Origin: Burkholderiales bacterium
GTDB taxonomy: Bacteria > Pseudomonadota > Gammaproteobacteria > Burkholderiales > Casimicrobiaceae
DNA length: 64,000 bases
Direction: 5' to 3'
Assembly (NCBI GenBank): GCA_020851255.1
Contig: JADZDA010000295.1
Coordinates: 4,809-68,808, forward strand
Of this stretch, positions 41,509 to 50,720 are shown one piece after another. The translations under genes were made by a program, and so were the position numbers. The notes under the pieces are model-generated. The model saw only the letters and a list, made by a program, of their open reading frames with translations. It searched no databases and was not told the origin of the DNA. The stretch's first letter is position 1. Each line of letters begins with the position of its first letter.

Positions 41509-41984
41509 CCCCGCCCCGCCCCGCCCCGACCGCCGATGCCGTCCTGGCGGAGTGCGCGGGCTGGCGGGCGCTGGTCGACCTGCTGATCGCCGAGCAGGAG
41601 GCCCTCAGGACCGCCGATACGCCGCGGATCGAACTGCTCGCCCGCCGCAAGGCCGAACACGTCGGAAACCTGGATGCCCAGGCCCAGGCCCGCGAGGCCC
41701 GGATGCGCGCGCACGGCTACCCGATCAACGGCACGGGACTGGAACTCTGGTTCGCGCAGGCGCTCGACCCCGCCGAGGCGCACGCCCGCCGCAACGAGAT
41801 CACGACGCTCGCCCAGACCGCCCGGCGGCTCAACCGCCAGAACGGTGCGCTGGTCGCGCGGTTGCAGCGTTACGTGCAGAGCGCGTTCGCCGCGCTCGCG
41901 CTCGCGGCAGGCGCGGAACTCACCTACGACGGCTCGGGCATGGCCCGTCCGGTCGCCCGCAAGCGCACCGCTTTCGCGGTCTGA
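41505..41984 (+). CDS. flgN: Export chaperone FlgN
   Basis: Follows flgM (ATGA overlap); L..EQEAL, LNRQNG.L and TYDGSG. Confidence 0.85.
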   Translation: MTPPRPAPTADAVLAECAGWRALVDLLIAEQEALRTADTPRIELLARRKAEHVGNLDAQAQAREARMRAHGYPINGTGLELWFAQALDPAEAHARRNEITTLAQTARRLNRQNGALVARLQRYVQSAFAALALAAGAELTYDGSGMARPVARKRTAFAV

Positions 41985-42122
41985 GCGCAGGCGCCGGGGT
42001 CCGCCCGGCGCCGCTCCGTCCGGCCCCTTGATGCCGGGCCATCTTCCACGCCGCCCGCCGTCCCGACCCGGGCGACCGCGTCGCGTCCGGCCCGGCGACG
42101 ACGCCTCGCGGCGGTCCGTGCA

Positions 42123-42569
42123 CTACTCGGACGGCGCCGTCTCGTTGAGTTGCAGCCAGTAGCGCGTCACCTCGCCCAGTTTCGCGATCAGCTCGGCGTA
42201 CTCCACCGGCTTGACGATGTAGCTGTTCGCGCCGCGCGCGTAGCTCTCGGCCAGGTCGCGCCGCTCGCGCGAGGAGGTGAGTACCACGACCGGCAGCGCC
42301 CGTGTCGTCCGGTCCGACTTGATCCGTTGCAGGACTTCCAGGCCGTTGATCCGCGGGAGCTTGAGGTCGAGCAGGATGACGCGCGGGAGGCCCCCGGGGC
42401 CCCGCGGCGCGGCGCCGGCCCCGGCGAACAGGTACTCGAGCGCGGAGACGCCATCCTCGACGTGCACGACCCGCAGCGCGACGTTCGCGCGGCGCAGCGC
42501 GCGCAGCGTGAATTCCGCGTCGTCCGGATTGTCCTCGACCAGCAGGACATCGATGCCTTCGAAGCTCAC
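42123..42569 (-). CDS. Single-domain response regulator, Rcp1-like
   Basis: LLVEDNPDD, ILLDLKLPRING, VVLTSS, GANSYIVKPV and YW; GTG 42569 with GAAGGA upstream. Confidence 0.88.
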   Translation of the reverse strand: MSFEGIDVLLVEDNPDDAEFTLRALRRANVALRVVHVEDGVSALEYLFAGAGAAPRGPGGLPRVILLDLKLPRINGLEVLQRIKSDRTTRALPVVVLTSSRERRDLAESYARGANSYIVKPVEYAELIAKLGEVTRYWLQLNETAPSE

Positions 42570-42793
42570 GTTCGTCCTTCGATACGGTCCAGTGCCCAAC
42601 GGGCGCGGCTCGCCGGCGCCCTCGCCAACCACCCGCCCGGCGCGCGTCCGGTCGTGTCGACGCTCGCCCCCGCTGCGCCGCGCGGGCATCGAGGGGTCGG
42701 GCTCCCGGCCGAAACCCGCCGGCGGCCCGGGCATCGCATTGTCGCTCGCCCGAGGCCGGCCCGTCGACGCTCGCCAGCCCGACCGGTGTCCGA

Positions 42794-43633
42794 TCAACTC
42801 GCGTCGATCGGGTTCGCGCCGCCCGCCTGCCGCCGCGCCGGGCCCCCGCGCGGATCCACGGCGGCGTCGCGCTCGGTCGGGCGCGGCAGCGCCGATTCCG
42901 GCGTGTCGGTCAGCACCATCAGCGTCACCCGGCGATTGCGCGACCTCCCCTCGGACGACTCGTTCGATTCCACCGGCCGGTTGTCGGCGTGCCCGCTGGC
43001 GGTCAGCCGCGACGCGGCCACGCCGTTGTCGACGAACAGCCGCACGACCGCGCTCGCCCGGGCGGAGGCGAGCTCCCAGTTCGAAGGGAACAGCGCACCG
43101 GCGATCGGCGCGTTGTCGGTGTGACCTTCGACCTGGATCGCGTTGTCGACGCCGGCCAGCACCTGGGCGACCTGCGCCAGCGTCTGGATCGAACCGGCCT
43201 CGAGCGTCGCCTGCCCCGACGCGAACAGCACGCTCGCGTTGATCTCCACGGCGAGACCGCGCGACGACTGCGTCAGACGCACGTGTCCCGACGACACGAG
43301 CGGCTTCATCACCTCGGTCAGGCGGCTCGCGAGGCCGACGAGCTTCTGCTCGCGCTGCCGGCGCACCGGGTCGGCGGCGCGCGCGGGCAACGCCGGCAGC
43401 GTTTGCGCGGTCTTCATCGGCGGCGGACCGACGGCACGGGGCGCGGAGAGCTTCTCGTGCCGGAACGCGGAGACCAGGGCGTCGGACAGCACGCGGTACT
43501 TGCCCTCGTTCAGCGTCGAGATCGCGTACATGACGACGAAGAACGCGAACAGCAGCGTGATGAAGTCGGCGTAGGACACGAGCCAGCGCTCGTGGTTCTC
43601 GTGGTCCTCTTCCGGGAGACGGCGGCGCGGCAC
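42794..43633 (-). CDS. motD: Stator protein MotD (MotB family)
   Basis: ERWLVSYADFITLLFAFFVVMYA; OmpA-like VEGHTD, SNWELASARA and NRRV. Confidence 0.9.
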   Translation of the reverse strand: MPRRRLPEEDHENHERWLVSYADFITLLFAFFVVMYAISTLNEGKYRVLSDALVSAFRHEKLSAPRAVGPPPMKTAQTLPALPARAADPVRRQREQKLVGLASRLTEVMKPLVSSGHVRLTQSSRGLAVEINASVLFASGQATLEAGSIQTLAQVAQVLAGVDNAIQVEGHTDNAPIAGALFPSNWELASARASAVVRLFVDNGVAASRLTASGHADNRPVESNESSEGRSRNRRVTLMVLTDTPESALPRPTERDAAVDPRGGPARRQAGGANPIDAS

Positions 43634-43646
43634 GCGCGGGCTCCGG

Positions 43647-44387
43647 TCAGCCCAGATGGCCGGCGAGCCGCGCGGCGATGAGCCTGGGATTGTCGCCGTT
43701 GGCGATGCCGAGCACGCCATCGGCGATCATGCCCCGGTAGTGGACCTGCGCGGCGATCAGCGACTTGAGCTTCGCCGCCATCGGCAGGAACACCAGGTTG
43801 GCGAGACCCACGCCGTAGATCGTGGCGACGAACGCGACCGCGATGCCGCCGCCGAGCTTCGCCGGGTCGGAGAGGTTCTCCATGACGTGGATCAGTCCCA
43901 TGACCGCCCCCAGGATCCCTATCGTGGGCGCGTAGCCGCCGGCCGCTTCCCAGACCTTGGCGCCGGCCTTGAGCCGGGATTCGGACGCGTCGGCGGCGAC
44001 CTCCAGCGATTCGCGGATGCGGTCCGGATCGAGGCCGTCGACGAGGAGCTGGATGCCGTTGCGCAGGTAAGGCTCGTCGATCGATTCGATCTCGCGCTCG
44101 AGCGCGAGCACGCCGTCGCGGCGCGCGATCGCCGCCCAGGCCTCGACGCGCACGATCAGCCCGGTCGGGTCGAGCGGGGGCGGAACGAACGCCCACGCGC
44201 CCAGCCGCATGCCCTCGACGAACGTCGGCAGCCGGCATTGCAGCAGGACGGCCGCCGTCGTGCCGCCGACGACGATCAGGAAGGCGGCCGGCTGGACCAA
44301 CGAACCCAGGTGCCCGCCTTCCAGCCATTGCCCGCCCAGGATGGCGACCGCCGCCAAGGCGAGGCCGGCCACGCTCAATGCATCCAT
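43647..44387 (-). CDS. motC: Stator protein MotC (MotA family)
   Basis: AFLIVVGGT, ARRDGVLALE, GGYAPTIGILGAVMGLI and AFVATIYG; located after fliA. Confidence 0.9.
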   Translation of the reverse strand: MDALSVAGLALAAVAILGGQWLEGGHLGSLVQPAAFLIVVGGTTAAVLLQCRLPTFVEGMRLGAWAFVPPPLDPTGLIVRVEAWAAIARRDGVLALEREIESIDEPYLRNGIQLLVDGLDPDRIRESLEVAADASESRLKAGAKVWEAAGGYAPTIGILGAVMGLIHVMENLSDPAKLGGGIAVAFVATIYGVGLANLVFLPMAAKLKSLIAAQVHYRGMIADGVLGIANGDNPRLIAARLAGHLG

Positions 44388-44415
44388 GATCGCCGCAGTG
44401 AGTTCTCTCCGGGTC

Positions 44416-44423
44416 TTATCGGC
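44416..44423 (-). promoter_or_regulatory. Possible sigma28 -10 element upstream of motC
   Basis: Perfect GCCGATAA about 30 bp upstream of motC, but no TCAAG -35 box at the expected spacing. Confidence 0.35.
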
Positions 44424-44595
44424 ACCGCCGAGGGATTTCCGCAATGGCGATCCGGTCCGGCCCGGCGGGCGCGCGCGACCGTGCGGTCATCGGCGAGCGA
44501 CGGCGCGCGCGAACGCGCGCCGGGGGCGCCGGCGGACCGGGCGCGGGCGTCGCGCCGGAATCGCTGAGGGGCGGGCCGGGCGGGCCGGCCCGCCG

Positions 44596-45306
44596 CTACC
44601 ACTCGCGCAGGCGGGAGCGCAGCCGGGCGACCGCCTGCGCGTGGAGCTGGCAGACCCGCGACTCGGACACCTCGAGCACCGCGGCGATCTCCTTGAAATT
44701 GAGCTCCTGCTCGTAGTAGAGGCCCATCAGGAGTTTCTCGCGCTCGGGCAGCAGGTCGATCGCGCCGACGAGCGCCTGGCGGAAGCGCGCGTCCTTGACG
44801 CGCTCGAACGGGTCCTCGCCGCGGTCGGGGCAATGGCGGTCGAGGAAATCATCGCCGCCATCGGGAGTGAAATCCTCGAGATGGAGGAGCTCGTAACCCT
44901 TCGCCTCCTGCAGTTCGGCGTGGTAGTCGGCCATCGACAGTCCCATCGCGTCCGCGATCTCGCGCTCGGTGGGGGCGCGTCCGAGCTTCTGCTGCAGCTT
45001 CGAGATCGCGTTCTCGACACGGCGCAGCGCCTTGCGCATGCTGCGCGGCAGCCAGTCGCTCTCGCGCAACTCGTCCAGCATGGCGCCGCGGATGCGCTGC
45101 GAGGCGAACGTCTCGAACGCGCTGCCCTGCCCTTCCTTGTAGCGCGAGGCGGCGTCCATGAGGCCGATCATGCCGGCCTGGACGATGTCGTCGATCTGGA
45201 CGCTGGCCGGCAGTTTGGCGGCGAGATGGTGGGCCATCCGGCGCACCAGCGGCGCGAATTCGTTGACCCGTTGCGTGACGTCGATCGTGCCGGCGGCGGT
45301 GTACAT
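44596..45306 (-). CDS. fliA: RNA polymerase sigma factor FliA (sigma28)
   Basis: LPASVQIDD, RIRGAMLDELR..DWLPRS and VSESRVCQLH. Confidence 0.97.
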   Translation of the reverse strand: MYTAAGTIDVTQRVNEFAPLVRRMAHHLAAKLPASVQIDDIVQAGMIGLMDAASRYKEGQGSAFETFASQRIRGAMLDELRESDWLPRSMRKALRRVENAISKLQQKLGRAPTEREIADAMGLSMADYHAELQEAKGYELLHLEDFTPDGGDDFLDRHCPDRGEDPFERVKDARFRQALVGAIDLLPEREKLLMGLYYEQELNFKEIAAVLEVSESRVCQLHAQAVARLRSRLREW

Positions 45307-45317
45307 GGCGATGCTCC

Positions 45318-46061
45318 CTACGGGTGCGCGGCCACGCGCGCCGGCCCCTGGATCAGGCGGCGCGCGAGGTCGATGAAGGCGGCGCCCGCCGAGGTCGCGC
45401 GCAGGCGCGGCCAGGCGAGCGTGGCCGGGTGGGCCGAAGGCCCCTCCGGCAGGAACGAGGCGTACGTGAGGTCGATCCCGAGGAAACGGCGCGCCGTCTC
45501 CGAAACGCTGGCGTAGACCTCGCGCGCGGCCGCGGGTGTCGCCGCCTTGTGGACGATCGCGCCGATCGACGTGCCCCGCGCGACGCGCGCGACGTCCTTG
45601 AGCACCGCGTAGGCCGCGGTGATCGCCTCGGCGGTGGGCGCGAGCGCGACCAGACCCCGGGCGCCGACCGGCGGCGTCCCGTGGACGATCCAGGCATCGA
45701 ACACGCCGCGGCAGGCGGCCGACGCCGCGATCGCCGCGCGCCAGTCGTGTTCATGGGAGAAGCGGCCGAAGGCGCGGGCGGCCGGCAGCACGACGATGCC
45801 GTCCGGCCCGTCGCACAGCACGTCGGCCGGCGCGCGATCCCCGTCGAGCGCGTGGGCGAGATCGTAGCGGGTGCGGATTCCGGCGGCGGTGGCGATCTCG
45901 CCGACCGTGCGGTCGACGACGAGCACCTGCGCCCCGTCGGCCGCGAGCGCGCGGGCGAGATGCACGGCGATCGCCGCCGCGTCCTTCCCGCCGACGGCGA
46001 CGACCGGCGCGTCGGCCGGCCGGAAGAGCCGCCGCAGCCCGGTGGCCTGGTCGTCACGCAT
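45318..46061 (-). CDS. flhG: FlhG/FleN-like MinD-family protein with degenerate P-loop
   Basis: Lies between flhF and fliA; N-terminal DQATGLRR motif, AITAAYAVLK and RFLG; no KGGxGKT motif. Confidence 0.75.
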   Translation of the reverse strand: MRDDQATGLRRLFRPADAPVVAVGGKDAAAIAVHLARALAADGAQVLVVDRTVGEIATAAGIRTRYDLAHALDGDRAPADVLCDGPDGIVVLPAARAFGRFSHEHDWRAAIAASAACRGVFDAWIVHGTPPVGARGLVALAPTAEAITAAYAVLKDVARVARGTSIGAIVHKAATPAAAREVYASVSETARRFLGIDLTYASFLPEGPSAHPATLAWPRLRATSAGAAFIDLARRLIQGPARVAAHP

Positions 46062-47352
46062 GAGCGACCCCGAGACCGAGCGTGGCGGCGAGCGGCAGTT
46101 CATCGTCGGCGAGCGTGTACGGCCCCGGCTGCGGCGCGGCGCGCAGCGACCGGTCGGCGAGCACGTCCGGGCGCGGCAGCGACAGGTCCTCGGGCACGCG
46201 CTGGCCGTGGGTGAGATACGCGATGGCGAGTCGCCGCCGGATCACGACGTCGAGCACCGGCCCGATGCGGGCGGCCTCGTCCAGCTTGGTCAGCACGACC
46301 GGGCTTGCGCCCGGCTCCGCGGCGCCGGTCCCTCCGTACGCGGCGACGACCTCGTCGAGCGTCTCGCCCTGGGCGGTGGCGTTGAGGAGCACGAGCTTCG
46401 AGACGCGCGGATCGTCGAGGATGCGCGCCTGGTCGGCGAGCCGGCGGTCGCGCTGCGACAGCCCCACGGTGTCGATCAGCACCAGGTGCTTGCCCGACGC
46501 GCCGGCGAGCGCCTGGGCGAGCGCGTCGGCGTCGGCGATCGGCTGCACCGGCACGCCGAGGATGCGCGCGTAGATGCGGAGCTGGTCGTGCGCGCCGACG
46601 CGGTAGCTGTCGGTCGTGTAGAGCGCGAGCTTCGAGGCGCCGTAGCGGACCGCGCAGCGGGCGGCGAGCTTGGCGACGGTCGTCGTCTTGCCCACGCCGG
46701 TCGGGCCGACCAGCGCGTAGACGCCGCCGCGCGAGACCGGATCGTCGCCGTCGGCCGTGCAGCGCAGGTTGCGCGTGAGCACGCCGCCGAGCCAGGACCG
46801 CGCCTGCGCCGGCGTCAGGTCGTCCGACATCCGCCGGACGACCTCGCGGGAGAGCGTGGCGCTGTAGCCGGAGGCCAGCAGGTCGCGCTGGACACGCCCC
46901 GCCAGCGGCCTGCGTCGCATGATGTCGCTCCAGGCGAGATCGCCGAGCTGTTCCTCGAGGAGACGGCGCAGTCCGGCGACCTCGGAGAGCAGCCTCGGCC
47001 AGGCGCCCGATTCCGCGGCCGGCCTGGGCCGCGCGGCCGGCGGCTCCGGCGGCTTGGCCTGCACGTCCGGGACCGTCTGCGCGGGGGCGTCGACCGAAGG
47101 CGGGCGCCAGGCGCGGACCGTGGGTTCGCCGGCACGCTGCGCGCCGCCCGACGCCGCCGGTGAGGCGGCGGGATGCGACGATGCGCCCGCGGCCTCGAGC
47201 AGCGCCTCGACCTCGCCGACGGCGAGCGCGGTCACTTCGATGCCGTCGGCGGTGGCGCGGTTGGACACGATCATCGCGTCGGGACCGAGCTCGTTGCGGA
47301 CCTGTTCGAGCACGTCGCGCGAGCGCGTGCCGGTGAATTTGCGGGGCTTCAT
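46054..47352 (-). CDS. flhF: SRP-family GTPase FlhF
   Basis: LGPDAMIVS, GPTGVGKTT, DSYRVGA, DTVG, TKLDE and GQRVPED. Confidence 0.95.
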   Translation of the reverse strand: MKPRKFTGTRSRDVLEQVRNELGPDAMIVSNRATADGIEVTALAVGEVEALLEAAGASSHPAASPAASGGAQRAGEPTVRAWRPPSVDAPAQTVPDVQAKPPEPPAARPRPAAESGAWPRLLSEVAGLRRLLEEQLGDLAWSDIMRRRPLAGRVQRDLLASGYSATLSREVVRRMSDDLTPAQARSWLGGVLTRNLRCTADGDDPVSRGGVYALVGPTGVGKTTTVAKLAARCAVRYGASKLALYTTDSYRVGAHDQLRIYARILGVPVQPIADADALAQALAGASGKHLVLIDTVGLSQRDRRLADQARILDDPRVSKLVLLNATAQGETLDEVVAAYGGTGAAEPGASPVVLTKLDEAARIGPVLDVVIRRRLAIAYLTHGQRVPEDLSLPRPDVLADRSLRAAPQPGPYTLADDELPLAATLGLGVAHA

Positions 47353-49430
47353 GCCTTACCTCCGACCGTGGCGCGCACGCGGATCGTGCGCGTGTCCGGA
47401 ATCTCTGCGTGGGCGAGGACCTTGAGCAGCGGCGCCGCGCGCCGCGCGAGCCGCGCCAGCGCGTGTCGCAGCCTGTCGGGTACGAGCAGCACCGCCGGCA
47501 GGCCCTGGGATTCGAACGCCTGCGCGGAGGTCGCGATCTCGCGGGCCAGCGACGCGGCCAGCTCCGGCTCGAGGCCCGCGGCGTCGGGACCGGCGACGCT
47601 CATCACCTGCCCGAGCACGCGCTCGAGACCGGCGTCGAGCACGATCACCGGGATCTCCGGTGACGATCCGTAGATGTCCTGGACGATCGCCCGGCCGAGC
47701 GCGACGCGCACCGCCGCGGCGAGCGCCATCGGGTCGGTCTCCCTGGGCGCGTGGTCGACGAGCGTCTCGAGGATGGTCCGCAGGTCGCGCAGGTGCACGC
47801 CTTCGTCCAGCAGTGTCGAGAGCACGCGCTGGACGATCGCGAGCGGGAGCAGCTTGGGGGTCAGGTCCTCGACCAGCTTGGGCAGCGACTTGGCGGCCTG
47901 GTCGAGCAGCCCCTGCACCTCGGCACGGCCGAACAGCGCGGCGGCCTGCTGGTGGACGACCGTCGACAGGTGGGTGGCGATCACCGTGCCCGGGTCGACC
48001 ACCGTGTAGCCCAGCGCCTGCGCCTGGTCGCGCAGCCGCCCGTCGATCCATTGCGCGGGCAGGCCGAACGCCGGATCGCGCGTGGCGATGCCTTCGATCG
48101 GCGCGGACGCCCTGCCCGGGTCGATGGCGAGGAACATGCCCGGCCGCGCTTCGCCTTCGGCCACCGGGACGCCCTTGAGCACGATCCGGTACGCGTTGGG
48201 GGCGAGTTCGAGGTTGTCGCGGATGTGCACGGCCGGTGGCAGATAGCCCACGTCCTGCGCGAACTTCCGCCGGATCGCCCGGATGCGGCGCAGCAGTTCG
48301 CCGTCCTGGCCGCGATCGACCAGCGGGATCAGCCGGTAGCCGACCTCGAGGCCCAGCACGTCGACCGGCGCGAGTTCGTCCCAGGTGACTTCCGGCGATT
48401 CGGTGGCCGGCGCGGGTGCGGCCACCGGCGCCGCGGCCGACTCCGCGCGCCGGCGCTGCGCGAGCCAGCGGGCGAGCATGCCCAGGCCGCCGGCGAGCGC
48501 GAGGAACGCGAAATGCGGCATGCCCGGCACGAGTCCGATCGCGCCCAGGACCGCGGCGGCGATCAGCAGCGACTGGGGCTGCGCGAAGAGCTGGTTGACG
48601 AGCTGGCGGCCGGTGTCCTCGCCCTTGCCGACGCGCGACACGACCAGGCCGGCGGCGGTCGAGATCACGATCGCCGGGATCTGCGCGACCAGGCCGTCGC
48701 CCACCGCGAGCAGCACGTAGTGGTTGGCGGCGGTCGTGAACGTCAGGTCGTGCTGGAGCATGCCGATCGCGAGCCCGCCGAGCACGTTGATGAAGAGGAT
48801 CAGGATCCCGGCGATCGCGTCGCCGCGGACGAACTTGGACGCGCCGTCCATCGCGCCGAAGAACTCGCTCTCCTCGGAGAGCTCGGCGCGGCGACGCCGC
48901 GCCTCGTCCTCGCCGATCAGGCCGGCGTTCAGGTCGGCGTCGATCGCCATCTGTTTGCCGGGCATCGCGTCGAGCGTGAATCTCGCCGAGACCTCGGCGA
49001 TGCGTCCCGAGCCCTTGGTGATCACGACGAAGTTGATGACGACCAGCACCGCGAACACGATCAGGCCGACGGCGAAGTTGCCGCCGACCAGGAAGTGGCC
49101 GAACGCCTCGATCACCCGACCGGCCGCGTCCGGGCCGGTGTGCCCGTTCAGCAGCACGACGCGCGTGGACGCGACGTGGAGCGACAGGCGCAGCAGCGTC
49201 GTGATCAGGAGGACCGTCGGGAAGACCGCGAAGTCGAGCGGACGGACCGTGTAGAGCGCGGACAGCAGGACGACCAGCGCCAGCGCGATGTTGAACGTGA
49301 ACAGCACGTCGAGCAGGAACGGCGGCAGCGGCAGGATCATCATGCCGAGCATCAGCACGACGATCGCCGGACCGGCGAAGCCGACCAGCGCCGCGCGGGC
49401 GGCCGGACCGCGGAGCGTGGCGCCGATCAC
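47349..49430 (-). CDS. flhA: Export gate protein FlhA
   Basis: RIAEVSARFTLDAMPGKQMAIDADL, GAMDGASKFV and GDGLVAQIP. Confidence 0.97.
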   Translation of the reverse strand: MIGATLRGPAARAALVGFAGPAIVVLMLGMMILPLPPFLLDVLFTFNIALALVVLLSALYTVRPLDFAVFPTVLLITTLLRLSLHVASTRVVLLNGHTGPDAAGRVIEAFGHFLVGGNFAVGLIVFAVLVVINFVVITKGSGRIAEVSARFTLDAMPGKQMAIDADLNAGLIGEDEARRRRAELSEESEFFGAMDGASKFVRGDAIAGILILFINVLGGLAIGMLQHDLTFTTAANHYVLLAVGDGLVAQIPAIVISTAAGLVVSRVGKGEDTGRQLVNQLFAQPQSLLIAAAVLGAIGLVPGMPHFAFLALAGGLGMLARWLAQRRRAESAAAPVAAPAPATESPEVTWDELAPVDVLGLEVGYRLIPLVDRGQDGELLRRIRAIRRKFAQDVGYLPPAVHIRDNLELAPNAYRIVLKGVPVAEGEARPGMFLAIDPGRASAPIEGIATRDPAFGLPAQWIDGRLRDQAQALGYTVVDPGTVIATHLSTVVHQQAAALFGRAEVQGLLDQAAKSLPKLVEDLTPKLLPLAIVQRVLSTLLDEGVHLRDLRTILETLVDHAPRETDPMALAAAVRVALGRAIVQDIYGSSPEIPVIVLDAGLERVLGQVMSVAGPDAAGLEPELAASLAREIATSAQAFESQGLPAVLLVPDRLRHALARLARRAAPLLKVLAHAEIPDTRTIRVRATVGGKA

Positions 49431-50578
49431 CGCGCGCCCCCGGCCGTCGCGTTCGGATCCAGGCCCGGCGGCACGTCGAGGTCGTCGGGTCGCGCGGGCT
49501 CGGTTTCACCGCGGGCGAGCGCGCGCTCCGCCTGCCAGACCCAGGCGAGCAGACGGGCGACGACCGCGTAGAGCGCCGGCGGGATCTCGGCGCCGATTTC
49601 CGCGTGACGCCACAGCGCCCGGGCGAGCGGCGGCGCCTCCAGCACCGGGACGCGGTGCGCGGCCGCGACCTCCCGGATCCTGGCGGCGATCAGGTCGGCG
49701 CCCTTCGCGACGACGCGCGGCGCCCGCATCGCGCCTTCCCGGTACTCGAGCGCGACCGCGTAGTGCGTCGGGTTGGTGACCACGACGCTCGCCTTGGGCA
49801 CCGCCGCCATCATCCGCTTGCGGGCGGCCGCGCGCTGCAGGCTGCGGACGCGCGCCTTGAGTTGCGGATCCCCCTCGCTCTCGCGCAGCTCCTCCCGGAG
49901 CTCCTCGCGGGTCATCCTGAGGTCGGTGCGATGCCGCCACCAGCGGATCGGCACGTCGGCGAGCGCGATCACCGTGATGCCGGCGGTCAGCCCGAAGCCG
50001 GCGTACGCCAGCCAGTCGCCGACGCGCCCGATGCCGCCGCGCACGTCCGAGGCGCCGACGTTCGCGAGTTCGGGCAGGGCGGCCATCATGCACCACCACG
50101 CGATCGCACCCAGCACCAGGCACTTGGCGGCGGCGACACCCAGGTGTACCAGGCTGCGCCAGGACAGCATCCGGCCGAATCCGGCCAGCGGGTCGATGCG
50201 GCTGAAGTCCGGTGCGATCGCCTTGACCGAGAAGACCGCGCCGGACAGGAGCAGCGGGCCTGCGAGGGCGACGGCGAACAGCAGGGCGAGCCAGGGGCTC
50301 GTCGCCAGGAAGGCGGCCATCGCCTGGTCGGCGAGCGCCTGGACGCCTCCCGCGGGTTCGAAGATCGCCTGGCGCGGGATCGAGAGCCCACGTCCCAGGA
50401 AATCGCCGCTCGCCCGGAAGACCGTCGGACCGGCCAGCGCGGCGGTGATCGTGGTGACCAGGGCCAGCGCGGCGGTCGCGAGCTCCGGCGAGCGCGCCAC
50501 CCGGCCCTCCTCCCGAGCCTGTTCCAGGCGTCGGGCGGTGGGGTCGAATGTTCGGTCTTCCTGGTGCTCGTCGGCCAT
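49427..50578 (-). CDS. flhB: Export switch protein FlhB
   Basis: PTARRLEQAREEG, EGDPQ, autocleavage site NPTH and PLARAL. Confidence 0.96.
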   Translation of the reverse strand: MADEHQEDRTFDPTARRLEQAREEGRVARSPELATAALALVTTITAALAGPTVFRASGDFLGRGLSIPRQAIFEPAGGVQALADQAMAAFLATSPWLALLFAVALAGPLLLSGAVFSVKAIAPDFSRIDPLAGFGRMLSWRSLVHLGVAAAKCLVLGAIAWWCMMAALPELANVGASDVRGGIGRVGDWLAYAGFGLTAGITVIALADVPIRWWRHRTDLRMTREELREELRESEGDPQLKARVRSLQRAAARKRMMAAVPKASVVVTNPTHYAVALEYREGAMRAPRVVAKGADLIAARIREVAAAHRVPVLEAPPLARALWRHAEIGAEIPPALYAVVARLLAWVWQAERALARGETEPARPDDLDVPPGLDPNATAGGAR

Positions 50579-50720
50579 GGCCGCCATCCGGTTAGGATGG
50601 CGACATCTTCGCGCCCGGAAGGCGGCGGCGAGGCCCGGATTAGCGGGGGGAATCGCCCGCAATCCGTGGCGCCGCCCCGGCGCGGGAGGCGCCCGCGCCG
50701 CGGCCCCCCTGCGAGCGCGC

